NCBI GenBank assembly: GCA_964472655.1
Contig: CAYYLQ010000012.1
Coordinates: 5,124 to 69,123 of the forward strand
Reading direction: 5' to 3'
DNA length: 64,000 bases
From: an uncultured Nitrospirales bacterium
GTDB taxonomy: Bacteria; Nitrospirota; Nitrospiria; Nitrospirales; NS-4
The position numbers and the translations under genes were made by a program. Each line of letters opens with the position of its first letter. Within the stretch, counting starts at the first letter, position 1. Positions 15,911-25,651 of the stretch are shown here, one piece after another. The notes under the pieces were generated by a model. That model saw nothing but the letters and a program-made list of their open reading frames with translations, made no database searches and was not told where the DNA came from.

Positions 15911-18463
15911 ATGCCTGATCCTCGATCCATCGTCATCAAGGGCGCGCGGGAGCACAACCTCAAGAACCTCGACCTGGCGATCCCCCGCGACCAGCTCGTC
16001 GTGATCACCGGGCTGTCCGGCTCCGGCAAATCCTCGCTCGCCTTCGACACGATCTACGCCGAGGGCCAGCGCCGCTATGTCGAATCGCTCTCGGCCTACG
16101 CCCGCCAGTTCCTCGAACAGATGGACAAGCCCGACGTGGACTCCATCGAAGGGCTCTCGCCGGCCATCGCCATCGAACAGAAGACCACGTCGCGCAACCC
16201 CCGCTCCACCGTGGGGACCGTCACCGAGATCTACGACTATCTCCGGCTGCTCTTCGCCCGCATCGGCAAGCCACACTGCCCCCAGTGCGGCGATCCCATC
16301 ACGGCCCAGACGGTTCAGCAAATGGTGGACGCGCTGATGGCCCTGCCGTCAGGCTCGAAGCTCTCGATCCTGGCGCCCATCGTGCGCGACCGCAAGGGTG
16401 AGTATCGCAAGGAACTTCAAGATTCGCGCCGCAGCGGGTTCATCCGCGCGCGGGTGGACGGCAAGCCGCACGACCTCGCGGACGAGATTGCGCTGGACAA
16501 GCAGAAGAAACACACGATCGAGATCGTGGTGGACCGTGTCGTCCTCAAGGACGACGAGCCGACGATGCGCCGGCTGGCGGATTCGCTCGAGATCGCGCTC
16601 AAGCAGGCCCACGGCCTGGTTGTGATCGATCTGGACGGGAAGAAAGACCTCATCTACAGCGAGAAGCTGGCCTGCGTGCGCTGCGGCTTCAGCTATTCGG
16701 AATTGACGCCGCGCCTCTTTTCCTTCAACAGCCCCCACGGTGCCTGTCCCGCCTGCGACGGGCTCGGCCACGAGCCGCCCAGAGGCTGTCCGGTGTTCGA
16801 TGAGGATGACGCATATGAAGAAGAGGACTACGGGTCGCTGACGCTCTGTTCCATCTGCAAGGGCGACCGCCTGAAACCCGAAAGCCTCTCGGTCCTGATC
16901 GACCGCAAGTCCATCGCCGCGGTCACGCGGCTGTCCATCCGGGACGCGGCCGGGTTCTTCCAGAAACTGAAGCTCACAGAGCGCGAACAGTTCATCGCGC
17001 ACCGCATCCTGAAAGAGATCCGGGAGCGCCTGGGCTTTCTCATCAACGTCGGCCTGGACTACCTGACGTTGGATCGGGCCGCGGCCACGCTCTCTGGCGG
17101 CGAAGGCCAGCGCATCCGCCTGGCCACGCAGATCGGGTCCGGGCTGGTCGGTGTCCTCTATATCCTGGATGAGCCGTCCATCGGGCTGCACCAGCGGGAC
17201 AACAAGCGGCTGCTCGACACGTTGCTCCGGCTGCGCGATCTCGGCAATACGGTGATCGTGGTCGAGCATGACGCCGAGACCATGCGGCACGCGGATTACA
17301 TTCTCGACCTCGGCCCAGGCCCAGGCGTGCACGGGGGCTTCGTTGTCGCCAAAGGTTCGCCGGCCGAGGTCATGGCCAGCACGGAATCGCTGACCGGACA
17401 GTACCTGCGCGGGGATATGAACATCACGCTCCCGCACCGGGCGCGGCAGGCCGGCCGCGCCCTCACCGTCGTGAGCGCCAAAGAGCACAACCTCAAGAAT
17501 GTGACGGTGAAGATTCCGCTGGGCCTGCTGACCTGCGTGACTGGCGTGTCGGGGTCTGGCAAGAGCACCCTGCTCTTCGACGTCCTCTACCGGAGCCTAC
17601 GCGAGCTGCTCTATGGCGAAAAAGTGCGCGGTGTGCCCAAGCGGCCGTGGATCGCAGGCTGCTCGGACATCAAGGGCATCGAGCACATCGACAAGATCGT
17701 CAACATCGATCAGTCGCCGATCGGGCGCACGCCGCGCTCCAACCCGGCGACCTACACCGGCCTGTTCACCTACATCCGCGACCTCTTTGCGAGCCTGCCC
17801 GAGTCGCGGGTGCGCGGCTACAAAGCGGGACGCTACTCGTTCAACGTGAAGGGCGGGCGCTGCGAAGCCTGCGGGGGCGACGGCATGATCAAGATCGAGA
17901 TGCACTTCCTGCCGGACGTCTACGTGACCTGCGAAGTCTGCAAGGGCCGGCGCTACAACCGGGAGACGCTCGACGTGCGCCACAAGGAGAAGAGCATCGC
18001 CGACGTCCTGGACATGACTGTCGAGGAAGCGCTGGCCTTCTTCCAGCACCTGCCGCTCATCAAGGCCAAGCTGGCGACGCTCAACGACGTGGGGCTCGGC
18101 TACATCAAGCTCGGCCAGTCGGCCACGACGCTGTCGGGAGGCGAAGCGCAGCGGGTGAAGCTGTCACGCGAACTGTCGAAGCGGGCGACCGGCCGCACCC
18201 TCTATATCCTGGATGAGCCCACCACCGGCCTGCACTTTGCGGACATTCAGAAGCTGCTCGAGGTGCTCAATCGCCTGGTGGAGTCCGGCAACAGCGTCGT
18301 GGTGATCGAGCACAACCTCGACGTGATTCGCAACGCCGACTGGATCATCGATCTGGGGCCGGAAGGCGGAGACCGCGGCGGCGAGATCGTCGCCGTCGGC
18401 CCACCCAAAGAAGTGGCGGGCGTCAAGGCCTCCCATACCGGAGGCGTGTTGCGCGGGCGTTAG
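15911..18463 (+). CDS. uvrA: Excinuclease ABC subunit A, atypically short (insertion domain missing)
   Basis: 850 aa. Two ABC modules ([18 protein letters not shown]; LSGGE signatures), zinc modules, and a UvrB-binding-type segment. Only about 27 residues link 'CPACDGLG' to 'CSICKGDRL'. Confidence 0.9.
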   Translation: MPDPRSIVIKGAREHNLKNLDLAIPRDQLVVITGLSGSGKSSLAFDTIYAEGQRRYVESLSAYARQFLEQMDKPDVDSIEGLSPAIAIEQKTTSRNPRSTVGTVTEIYDYLRLLFARIGKPHCPQCGDPITAQTVQQMVDALMALPSGSKLSILAPIVRDRKGEYRKELQDSRRSGFIRARVDGKPHDLADEIALDKQKKHTIEIVVDRVVLKDDEPTMRRLADSLEIALKQAHGLVVIDLDGKKDLIYSEKLACVRCGFSYSELTPRLFSFNSPHGACPACDGLGHEPPRGCPVFDEDDAYEEEDYGSLTLCSICKGDRLKPESLSVLIDRKSIAAVTRLSIRDAAGFFQKLKLTEREQFIAHRILKEIRERLGFLINVGLDYLTLDRAAATLSGGEGQRIRLATQIGSGLVGVLYILDEPSIGLHQRDNKRLLDTLLRLRDLGNTVIVVEHDAETMRHADYILDLGPGPGVHGGFVVAKGSPAEVMASTESLTGQYLRGDMNITLPHRARQAGRALTVVSAKEHNLKNVTVKIPLGLLTCVTGVSGSGKSTLLFDVLYRSLRELLYGEKVRGVPKRPWIAGCSDIKGIEHIDKIVNIDQSPIGRTPRSNPATYTGLFTYIRDLFASLPESRVRGYKAGRYSFNVKGGRCEACGGDGMIKIEMHFLPDVYVTCEVCKGRRYNRETLDVRHKEKSIADVLDMTVEEALAFFQHLPLIKAKLATLNDVGLGYIKLGQSATTLSGGEAQRVKLSRELSKRATGRTLYILDEPTTGLHFADIQKLLEVLNRLVESGNSVVVIEHNLDVIRNADWIIDLGPEGGDRGGEIVAVGPPKEVAGVKASHTGGVLRGR

Positions 18464-18464
18464 A

Positions 18465-18728
18465 TTACAGCTTGTTTTCGATGGCGTAACGGACCATCTG
18501 CGCCACGTTTCGGATGCCCAGTCGGCGGCCGATGTTGACGCGATGGGTTTCTGCCGTGCGGGGGCTGATGCCCAGTTTTTCGCCGATCTCTCGGCTGGTG
18601 TAGCCATGGGCCACCAGGCTCAACACTTGGCGTTCCCGCGGGGTCAGACGGGGAGTCACTCTCCGTGCGTGTCTCATATCTGCTGCGTGGGCGTTATATT
18701 TGGCTTTCCCGGTCCTGCGTGCGGCCAT
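18465..18728 (-). CDS. LuxR/GerE-type HTH protein (stand-alone DNA-binding domain)
   Basis: 'LTPRERQVLSLVAHGYTSREIGEKLGISPRTAETHRVNIGRRLGIRN' is a GerE-type HTH. Start set at ATG 18728; the track start 18800 is TTG. The start is uncertain. Confidence 0.7.
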   Translation of the reverse strand: MAARRTGKAKYNAHAADMRHARRVTPRLTPRERQVLSLVAHGYTSREIGEKLGISPRTAETHRVNIGRRLGIRNVAQMVRYAIENKL

Positions 18729-18871
18729 GATGTGAATGAACCTCCTTGGTCCTGAACGTATGATACCTGCATCATAGCCTGATCGTCGGGAAAACTGCAA
18801 CCCATGGAAACCCCGAGCATAATTTTATTTTTTACCTTTGATGACATGGCGTGTCTCAAGAAGTATAGAGA

Positions 18872-19435
18872 ATGACGCAGGCGGGCGAGGACGGGATGGC
18901 GGAGTCGGATTACCAGTTGTTGGACCGCTACGGCGCCGGCGACGAGGCGGCCTTCGAAGAGCTGGTCAAGCGCCATCAGAAGACCATCTACGATCTGGCA
19001 TACCGGATGCTGGAGAGCCATGCCGACGCGGCGGATCTGGCGCAGAAGACGTTCGTACAGGCGTTTTTGCATCACCGGTCCTTCAGGCGCGAGTCGAGCT
19101 TCCGCACCTGGCTCTATCAGATCGGCATGAACCTCTGCCGCAACGCCATTCGCGATCGGGCGCGCCGGATGCACGAGGACATCCAGGAACTACCGCTGGC
19201 GGACCCACGGGACATCTTTGCGGAGGTCGCCGGCGCCGAGCTTCAAGATATCCTGGGCCGCGCGATCCGGACTCTGCCGACGCGGCAACGGGAAGCCCTG
19301 GTGCTGCGGGTCTATCACAACCACGCCTTCGCGGAAATCGGGACGATCATGAGCTGCTCCGAAGGGACCGCGAAGGCCAATTACCATCACGCGGTGGACA
19401 GGCTCCGCCGCGTCCTGGTGGCGGGCGAGGGATGA
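18872..19435 (+). CDS. ECF-type RNA polymerase sigma-70 family factor
   Basis: 187 aa. Region 2 'DLAQKTFVQAFLH...FRTWLYQIGMNLCRN' and region 4 'REALVLRVYHNHAFAEIGTIMSCSEGTAKANYHHAVDRLR'. Confidence 0.9.
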   Translation: MTQAGEDGMAESDYQLLDRYGAGDEAAFEELVKRHQKTIYDLAYRMLESHADAADLAQKTFVQAFLHHRSFRRESSFRTWLYQIGMNLCRNAIRDRARRMHEDIQELPLADPRDIFAEVAGAELQDILGRAIRTLPTRQREALVLRVYHNHAFAEIGTIMSCSEGTAKANYHHAVDRLRRVLVAGEG

Positions 19436-19956
19436 CTATGACGTGCACTGAGATCAAGGAATTGACTGTGCCGTATCTCGAGCTGGATTTGGAGCCGTCG
19501 CGGGTGCGGGCCGTCACGGCTCATCTGGAGGAGTGCGCGGGGTGTCGCGCCGAAATGGAGGCGGTCCGACAGGTCCTGGTCAGGGTGAAGGGCGTGGCGG
19601 TGCCGGACCCTGGCGACCGGTTCTGGAACGAATTTCCCGGGCGGGTTCGCCTGGAGTTGGCGCGTGAACGTTCCCCCATCCCATCTTGGCAGTGGACGGG
19701 AATAGCGGGGTGGCCGATGGCCCTTGCGGCGTCGGTCCTGCTGCTCATCGGCGCCTGGTCTCTCAAGGGACTGTTCGAGCAGGGGCCGGCGCCGTCCGGA
19801 CAGTCCGGGGCGAATATTCCGCAAGCTGTGGAGCTGTCGAGTCTGGGCGATGCGGGCTGGGAGGCATCCTGGGAGGATGATCCCGATACGGTTTTGGCCG
19901 AGATGGCATCTCGCCTGGACCGGCGGACCGTGGAGCAATTGTTCCGGGATATCTAA
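19432..19956 (+). CDS. Anti-sigma factor (zf-HC2, single TM)
   Basis: ATG 19432 overlaps the sigma gene stop (ATGA). HX3CX2C 'HLEECAGC'; TM segment 'WPMALAASVLLLIGAW'. Confidence 0.75.
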   Translation: MTMTCTEIKELTVPYLELDLEPSRVRAVTAHLEECAGCRAEMEAVRQVLVRVKGVAVPDPGDRFWNEFPGRVRLELARERSPIPSWQWTGIAGWPMALAASVLLLIGAWSLKGLFEQGPAPSGQSGANIPQAVELSSLGDAGWEASWEDDPDTVLAEMASRLDRRTVEQLFRDI

Positions 19957-19967
19957 GGGGAGAAACT

Positions 19968-20594
19968 ATGTGCCGAAACGTTTGGCATCAGAGTAGCCTG
20001 TCGGTTGTGCTGGTTGTCGCGCTGTCGGCTCCAGCAGGCGCGCAGGAGATGGAGCGGCCGGGCGGCCCCAAGCCGACACCGCCGGTCATGGAAGAGCTGG
20101 ACCGCATGACGGCTCCGGACCGCGGCGGCAAGGATGTGGAGGAACGCATCCGGCAGTTCGAAACCCAAAGGAGAGAGAAGCTGCTGCAAGCCTTGCAACT
20201 GGACGAGGCCACCCATTCCAGGCTCAACCAACGGCTGGAGCAGCTGGACCGGAAGGGGGAGGACCTGCGACGTCAACGGAAGGAAGCGATTCAGGCTTTG
20301 CGGGAACAGGCCAAGGGTCTGCGCAACGAGATGCGCCGGGGGCCACGGAACGGCGGCAGGCGGGGCCAGGAGGAAGCGCCGCCGTCTGCCGGAGGCAGTC
20401 CGGCCGATAGCGGGGCGCTGAAGCAAGCCTTGGAACGGGTCTATGTGGTGGAAGATTCCATGGCAGGCTTGCGGCGGGAGCGCCTGCAAGTGGCGCGCGA
20501 CTTGCTGACGCCCGAGCAGCAAGCGAAGTTCCTCCTCTTTAGCGCGAGGTTTCGAAAAGAGATGCAGGAGCGGATGCTGCGGGAACGGCCCTAA
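19968..20594 (+). CDS. Periplasmic Spy/CpxP-like protein (LTXXQ motif)
   Basis: Signal peptide, a charged coiled-coil sequence, and 'LLTPEQQAKF' (LTXXQ). Third gene of the sigma/anti-sigma set. Confidence 0.6.
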   Translation: MCRNVWHQSSLSVVLVVALSAPAGAQEMERPGGPKPTPPVMEELDRMTAPDRGGKDVEERIRQFETQRREKLLQALQLDEATHSRLNQRLEQLDRKGEDLRRQRKEAIQALREQAKGLRNEMRRGPRNGGRRGQEEAPPSAGGSPADSGALKQALERVYVVEDSMAGLRRERLQVARDLLTPEQQAKFLLFSARFRKEMQERMLRERP

Positions 20595-20638
20595 ACCCTC
20601 GTTTGACCCCTCTTCCGTGGTTCTGCTAGGCTCCTCGC

Positions 20639-20905
20639 ATGTGGCGGTTTTTCGTCCTCGGCGTCCTGCTGGCCATCGTGTACTTCATGGTGCGAAGCGC
20701 CCTGCGCGGCTTGTTGGGACGGGATAAAGAAGGTGCGCGGTCGGTGGGGTCATCGGGGAGTCCGGCCGACATGATCCAAGACCCGGTCTGCGGCATGTTC
20801 GTGCCGAGGGAGGGCGCGTTCTTTCTCCAGCAGGGCGACCGGACGTACTTCTTTTGCAGCGAAACCTGCCGCGCCAACTATCAGAAGAAGCTCAGCTCGG
20901 CGTAG
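20639..20905 (+). CDS. Membrane-anchored YHS/TRASH-domain protein
   Basis: N-terminal TM segment, then 'DPVCGMFVPREGAFFLQQGDRTYFFCSETCRANY', the YHS/TRASH metal-binding pattern. Confidence 0.7.
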   Translation: MWRFFVLGVLLAIVYFMVRSALRGLLGRDKEGARSVGSSGSPADMIQDPVCGMFVPREGAFFLQQGDRTYFFCSETCRANYQKKLSSA

Positions 20906-20909
20906 CCCG

Positions 20910-21218
20910 TCAGCAGCCGGACGAATAGTTGTAGTCGTCCAGCTTGCCGTCCTTGTCGAAGAACAGCTCGATCTCGCACTGGTGGGGATTGATGCCGCCG
21001 AGGATCCGGGCGGTGCCGCCGGCAATGCGATAGTAGGTCCATTTTTCGCCGCCCCAGAAGCGCTTCGAGGTGCCGGAAGGCTTGCCCCATTCCTTCTCGA
21101 ACCACTCCTTGGCTTCGTGGCGCTGAGCCGCCGGCTTGAGGGACTGGTCCAAGTAGGGATTGCTCGCGCACCCGACCGTGAGCGCCGCGAGTCCCAAGAT
21201 CATCGCCCAACGTTTCAT
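20910..21218 (-). CDS. Lipoprotein, unknown function
   Basis: Signal peptide with lipobox 'LAALTVGC'; 102 aa. Confidence 0.6.
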   Translation of the reverse strand: MKRWAMILGLAALTVGCASNPYLDQSLKPAAQRHEAKEWFEKEWGKPSGTSKRFWGGEKWTYYRIAGGTARILGGINPHQCEIELFFDKDGKLDDYNYSSGC

Positions 21219-21238
21219 AAATGACCTCGTGTTCGTGT

Positions 21239-21267
21239 TTGCAATGACCGCAGTGTTCTCCTAGAAT
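21239..21267 (+). promoter_or_regulatory. Candidate sigma-70 promoter upstream of the transaldolase gene
   Basis: TTGCAA (21239-21244), a 17-nt spacer, then TAGAAT (21262-21267). GGAGG lies before ATG 21315. Confidence 0.35.
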
Positions 21268-21314
21268 ACCACAAATATCCCATTCTGCCTGACCCTCATG
21301 GAGGACGACCACCC

Positions 21315-21968
21315 ATGCTTATCTTCTTAGACACCGGAAACACGAAAGAGATAAAAGAGGCCGCCGGCTGGGGCGTGCTGGACGGCGTCACGACCAACCC
21401 GTCCCTGGTGGCCAAGGAAGGGCGCAGTTTCAAGGACCTGCTCGTGGAAATCTGCTCCATCGTGGACGGGCCGATCAGCGCGGAAGTCGTCAGCGTCGAG
21501 GCCGGCGCGATGATCAAGGAAGGCAAGGACCTGGCGAAGATTCACAAGAACATCGTGGTGAAGGTCCCGCTGATTCCCGAGGGGCTCAAAGCCTGCAAGG
21601 CCCTGGCCTCCGAGGGGATCAAGGTCAACGTCACCCTCTGCTTCTCGCCGACCCAGGCCCTGCTGGCGGCCAAGGCCGGCGCCTGGTGCGTCAGCCCATT
21701 CGTCGGGCGGCTGGACGACATCAGCGAGCACGGGATGGGGCTCATCCAGGACATCGTGACCATCTACCGAAATTATCAATACAAGACCAAGGTGCTGGTC
21801 GCCAGCGTGCGCCACCCGCAGCATGTGGTGGAGGCCGCCAGGATCGGCGGCGACATCTGCACGATGCCGTTCGCCGTGTACAAGCAGCTCGTGCAGCACC
21901 CGCTGACCGACAGCGGCCTCAAGAAGTTCCTGTCGGACTGGGAAAAACAGAACGTCCCCAAAGGCTAA
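21315..21968 (+). CDS. tal: Short-type transaldolase / fructose-6-phosphate aldolase family
   Basis: 217 aa. '[16 protein letters not shown]...GVTTNPSL' and '[15 protein letters not shown]...[11 protein letters not shown]' are diagnostic of the Tal/Fsa subfamily. Confidence 0.9.
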   Translation: MLIFLDTGNTKEIKEAAGWGVLDGVTTNPSLVAKEGRSFKDLLVEICSIVDGPISAEVVSVEAGAMIKEGKDLAKIHKNIVVKVPLIPEGLKACKALASEGIKVNVTLCFSPTQALLAAKAGAWCVSPFVGRLDDISEHGMGLIQDIVTIYRNYQYKTKVLVASVRHPQHVVEAARIGGDICTMPFAVYKQLVQHPLTDSGLKKFLSDWEKQNVPKG

Positions 21969-21986
21969 CGGCGGGCCCCGCCGGTT

Positions 21987-22766
21987 GTGATTGCTTGGAC
22001 CGGAAGGAAAACGGTCGAGGGCGTCGCCTATGTGGCGGCGGTTCTCGACCTGGGCGTTCGCGCCTTTCGCGAACTCTTCTCGCTCGCGCGGCGTGGGCGG
22101 GGGGAAGCCTTCCGAGTCATCGCCAGCCAGATCCTGTTCACCGGCGTCGATGCACTGCCGGTCGTCGGCGCGATTGCTCTGATGCTGGGCCTCATCATCA
22201 TCATCCAGGCCGGGATCACGCTCCCGCAGGTCGGAGCGGGCGCCTTTCTCGCCAAGATCATCGAGTTGACGGTGGTCCATGAGCTGGGCCCGCTCATTAC
22301 GGCTTTCATCGTGATCTGGCGGTCAGGGACTGCCATCTGCACGGAGTTGGGTAACATGCAGGTCGGCCAGGAGATCGCCGCGCTCGAGGCGATGGGCATC
22401 AGCCTGATCCGCTTCCTGGTGATGCCGCGCGTGGCCGGAATGATCGTGGCCATGGTCTGCTTGACGATCTATTTCGACTTCATCGCGATCGTGGGCGGGT
22501 TCCTGGTAGCCAAGGTCCACCTCACCATTCCCGTCCTGGTCTACCTGGAGGAGATTCAGGATGCGCTCACGGTTTCCGACGTCCTGATCACCGTCATCAA
22601 GAGCGTCCTGTTCGGATTCACCATCGCCGTCATCTGCTGCCATCACGGGCTCTCCGTCGTGGGCGCCACCACCGAGGTGCCCCAGCAGACGACGCGGGCG
22701 ATGCTCAACACGGTCACCGTTTGCCTGGTCCTCGACATCATCGTGTCGGTCGGCTTTTACCTGTGA
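21987..22766 (+). CDS. mlaE: MlaE-family ABC transporter permease
   Basis: 259 aa with a GTG start. Typical MlaE/YrbE sequence ('ILFTGVDALPVVG', 'ELGPLITAFIV..RSGTAICTELGNMQV.QEI.ALEAMGI'). Confidence 0.85.
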   Translation: MIAWTGRKTVEGVAYVAAVLDLGVRAFRELFSLARRGRGEAFRVIASQILFTGVDALPVVGAIALMLGLIIIIQAGITLPQVGAGAFLAKIIELTVVHELGPLITAFIVIWRSGTAICTELGNMQVGQEIAALEAMGISLIRFLVMPRVAGMIVAMVCLTIYFDFIAIVGGFLVAKVHLTIPVLVYLEEIQDALTVSDVLITVIKSVLFGFTIAVICCHHGLSVVGATTEVPQQTTRAMLNTVTVCLVLDIIVSVGFYL

Positions 22767-22768
22767 CC

Positions 22769-23503
22769 ATGGCGGAAGCGGTGATCACATTGGACCGCGT
22801 TTCGGCGAGCGAAGGGAAGCAGACGCCCGTCGAGGACATCAGCTTGACCGTACAGCGGGGCGAGGCCGTCGCCCTGGTTGGGCCCAATGCGTCGGGCAAG
22901 GGCCTCGTGCTCAGGCTCTGCGCGGGACTGGAGGAACCCGCGTCCGGAACGGTGCGGGTGCTGGAAGTGGACCCGGCCCGCGCGACGGAAGAGCAGCGCC
23001 TGGCGCTGCGCCAGCGGGTGGGATTCGTCTTTGCCAAACCCGCGCTGATCAGCAACATGACTGTCTTCGACAACGTCGCGCTCCCGCTTCGCTATCATGC
23101 CGTCTTTCCGGAGATCGAGCTCCGCGAACGGGTACTGACGCGCTTGGCGGAGTGCGGCGTGGACGCCTTTCGCGACCGGATGCCGGCCGACTTGGCGTTG
23201 GGTGATGCGCGCCAGGCGGCGATCGCACGGGCCATGGTGATGGACCCGGATCTCCTGTGCGTGGAAGAGGTGCTGGTCGGATTGGACGCCGATGATCTCA
23301 TCCGCGTCCGCAAACTCCTGGAGCGCTACCGACGGGAACGGGGGCTGACGATCGTCACCACGATCAACGCGCCCACCGGTCTGTTCCGCATGATGGACCG
23401 CCTGGCCCTCATCCGGGACGGCCGTCTCGTGGCCGTGTGCCCGCCGGCCGAGGCGCCGCTGGTGGTTGATCCGATGGTGCAGGATTTTTTTGGATCCCAG
23501 TAA
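22769..23503 (+). CDS. MlaF-like ABC nucleotide-binding subunit with degenerate catalytic motifs
   Basis: Starts at an internal ATG (aa 17 of track ORF 22721..23503). ABC fold, but Walker A is 'GPNASGKG', the Q-loop position is K, the signature is 'LALGD', Walker B is 'LLCVEE' and the H-loop is 'TTIN'. Confidence 0.75.
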   Translation: MAEAVITLDRVSASEGKQTPVEDISLTVQRGEAVALVGPNASGKGLVLRLCAGLEEPASGTVRVLEVDPARATEEQRLALRQRVGFVFAKPALISNMTVFDNVALPLRYHAVFPEIELRERVLTRLAECGVDAFRDRMPADLALGDARQAAIARAMVMDPDLLCVEEVLVGLDADDLIRVRKLLERYRRERGLTIVTTINAPTGLFRMMDRLALIRDGRLVAVCPPAEAPLVVDPMVQDFFGSQ

Positions 23504-23516
23504 AGGAGAAACAGCC

Positions 23517-24518
23517 ATGCATTACTCTCACCGCCTCTCGCAGACCCGTCTCCATCAGATCGTTGGCTGGTTTGTGCTGGTGCCGATCCTTGTCCTCGTC
23601 GGCGTGCTGGTGCTGGTGGCCCAAAGCGAGAACCTGTTCGAAGAAAAATATCACGTGACCACCCTTTTCAGTGAAAGCTTCGGCTTGAAGCCCGGCAAGC
23701 CGGTGATGCTCTTGGGGATCCAGATCGGCAAGGTCACTAAGGTCGAGGTGACCGCGCAGAACGACGCCGAGGTGACCATGGAGATACTGAAGAAGTATCA
23801 GGACAAGATCCGGCAAAACTCCGTCGCAAAGACCGGCAAGTCCGGAGGCTTCGTGGGCGAGCCGCAGGTCGAGATCACGGTGGGCAACAAGAGCAAACCG
23901 GTTGTCGAGGAGGGAGGGCACATCGAAGCGGAGGAACCGTTCAACATCGCCGACTTCATGACCGAGGTCAAGCCGCTGGTGGAGACCGTCAAGAGGACGC
24001 TCGTCCGGGTGGAAGAGATCACCCAGGACGTGCATGCGACGGTGAAGACCGGCAACGAGACTCTCGGCCACGTGCGGGAGGCGTCCACCCGGCTGCCCGC
24101 CGTGCTGGAGAACGTGAAGGAAACGACGGCGACGATCCGCGAAGCCGCGCTGAGCACGGCCGAACAGCTCCCGGCCATCGTGGCCGGCGTGCGCGTGAGT
24201 GTGGATCGGGCCGGCGAGGCGGCGAAGGACGTGAGGACCGCGACCGCCAAGCTGCCGGCGCTCGTCGAGTCGGTTCAGGGCTCCGCGGACAACGTCAAGG
24301 CGATCACGGGCGATCTCCGGAGCACGGTCCATCAGGATATGTCGCCGCTGGTGCGGTCGGCGCAGGATATGGTGGACGATGTCGGCGAGGTTGTGACCGG
24401 CGCGAAAAAAACCTTCCCGGTCAGTGTCTTCGCGGCCAAGGGGCGCGCGGCGCGGGCAGAGGAGCGGGCCGCCGTCGTGCCCAGGAGTCTACGCGCCGAT
24501 GAGGTGGGCAAGGAATGA
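23517..24518 (+). CDS. mlaD: MlaD/MCE-domain protein
   Basis: ATG 23517 lies after AAAGGAGA. N-terminal TM, then the MCE domain 'YHVTTLFSESFGLKPGKPVMLLGIQIGKVTKVEV', then a long helical C-terminus. Confidence 0.8.
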   Translation: MHYSHRLSQTRLHQIVGWFVLVPILVLVGVLVLVAQSENLFEEKYHVTTLFSESFGLKPGKPVMLLGIQIGKVTKVEVTAQNDAEVTMEILKKYQDKIRQNSVAKTGKSGGFVGEPQVEITVGNKSKPVVEEGGHIEAEEPFNIADFMTEVKPLVETVKRTLVRVEEITQDVHATVKTGNETLGHVREASTRLPAVLENVKETTATIREAALSTAEQLPAIVAGVRVSVDRAGEAAKDVRTATAKLPALVESVQGSADNVKAITGDLRSTVHQDMSPLVRSAQDMVDDVGEVVTGAKKTFPVSVFAAKGRAARAEERAAVVPRSLRADEVGKE

Positions 24519-25438
24519 GACGAGCCGCGCCGGTCATCCTGCTGCTCGCGCTCCTGGCGGGCGGGTGCGTCGGCGGCGCCGCGGGTCCCGAACTGCCCCC
24601 GCTGGCCTCGAAGGTCCGGGACCTCCGTGATAAGGGGCACCTCGCGCTGGCCCGCGGGGATGTGGCGCGGGCCGGGATGATCTTTGATGAGGCGCGACGT
24701 CTGGCGGAGAGCCTGGACGACCGGTCTGGCCTTGCCGTGGCGCTCAACGATTTAGGCACGGTGGCGGCTCTCCAAGGCGAGTATCCCGCGGCGGCCGAAT
24801 TCCATCGCCGGGCCTATGGGATTGCGGTGGAGATCGGCGATCAGGCGCTTGCCGTCGAGGGTCTTAGCTATCGCGGGCAGGCGGCGCATCTTATGGGGGA
24901 TCCCGCGGCGGCGCTCGGCCATTACTCGCAGGCGCTCGCCCTTGCCCGCGAGATCAAGGATCGCCGGGGCGAGGCCGTTGTTCTGAACAACCTGGGTCTG
25001 CTCCAACAGGCGCGCGGCGAGCTGGACCGGGCGGAGCAGAGCTTTCAGCAGGCCCTGGCGATCAACACCGACCTCGCCGAGCGGCGAGCCATGGCCAGCA
25101 ACCACAGCAACCTCGGCGCGCTGTCGGAGAAGCGGGGCCGCCGCGCCGAGGCCCGCAGCCGCTATGAGCAGGCGCTGACTCTCGACAAGGAGACGGAGAG
25201 CCGTCCGGCGATCGAGGCCGACCTTGTCAACCTCGGCCGGCTCTCGGAAGAGGAAAATCATTCGGAAGAGGCCGTGGGCTTTTACGAGCGCGCCTACCGC
25301 GGCTACCTCGCGCTGAATCACGTTCAGAAGGCGATGGATGCCGGGAAGCGTCTGGTCCGGGCCGCGAAGGCCGCCGGGAGAGACGCCGTTGCCGCGGCCT
25401 ACCAGGCCGAACTGAACGCCCTGAGCCCGCAACCCTAG
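24515..25438 (+). CDS. TPR-repeat lipoprotein
   Basis: The ATG overlaps the mlaD stop (ATGA). Lipobox 'LLAGGC'; repeated 'A..Y.QAL.L' TPR units. Confidence 0.8.
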   Translation: MRRAAPVILLLALLAGGCVGGAAGPELPPLASKVRDLRDKGHLALARGDVARAGMIFDEARRLAESLDDRSGLAVALNDLGTVAALQGEYPAAAEFHRRAYGIAVEIGDQALAVEGLSYRGQAAHLMGDPAAALGHYSQALALAREIKDRRGEAVVLNNLGLLQQARGELDRAEQSFQQALAINTDLAERRAMASNHSNLGALSEKRGRRAEARSRYEQALTLDKETESRPAIEADLVNLGRLSEEENHSEEAVGFYERAYRGYLALNHVQKAMDAGKRLVRAAKAAGRDAVAAAYQAELNALSPQP

Positions 25439-25572
25439 GCCCGGACAATTCTGTCCGGCCACGTCCTTCGCACTATCTCCCCCTGTTCATTTTCGAACGG
25501 AGTTCCATGCCCCTCACGCGGAAGGCCTGGCCAGGCTTTCCGTTCTTGGTCAACGCATAGACAGGTTCGGGG

Positions 25573-25588
25573 CTGGCACCGCCCTTGC
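25573..25588 (+). promoter_or_regulatory. Sigma-54 (-24/-12) promoter
   Basis: TGGCAC-cgccc-TTGCT is an exact match to the TGGCAC-N5-TTGCW consensus. It lies 64 nt upstream of ATG 25652, in a 213-nt intergenic region. Confidence 0.6.
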
Positions 25589-25651
25589 TATGTCTTTACC
25601 TATAGGCGCCCCTTGCGGTGCCGCCAAGGGAATACACAACAAGGTATCAAC

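Noticed and set aside
21969-21983. CGGCGGGCCCCGCCG hairpin after the transaldolase gene, considered as a terminator
   Set aside because: The stem is very short with an almost absent loop, there is no T-tract, and the mlaE GTG follows 4 nt later. The evidence is insufficient.
25441-25458. CCGGACA-ATTC-TGTCCGG hairpin after the TPR gene, considered as an intrinsic terminator
   Set aside because: It is a perfect 7-bp stem but has no downstream U-tract. It may still pause transcription, but I did not call it.
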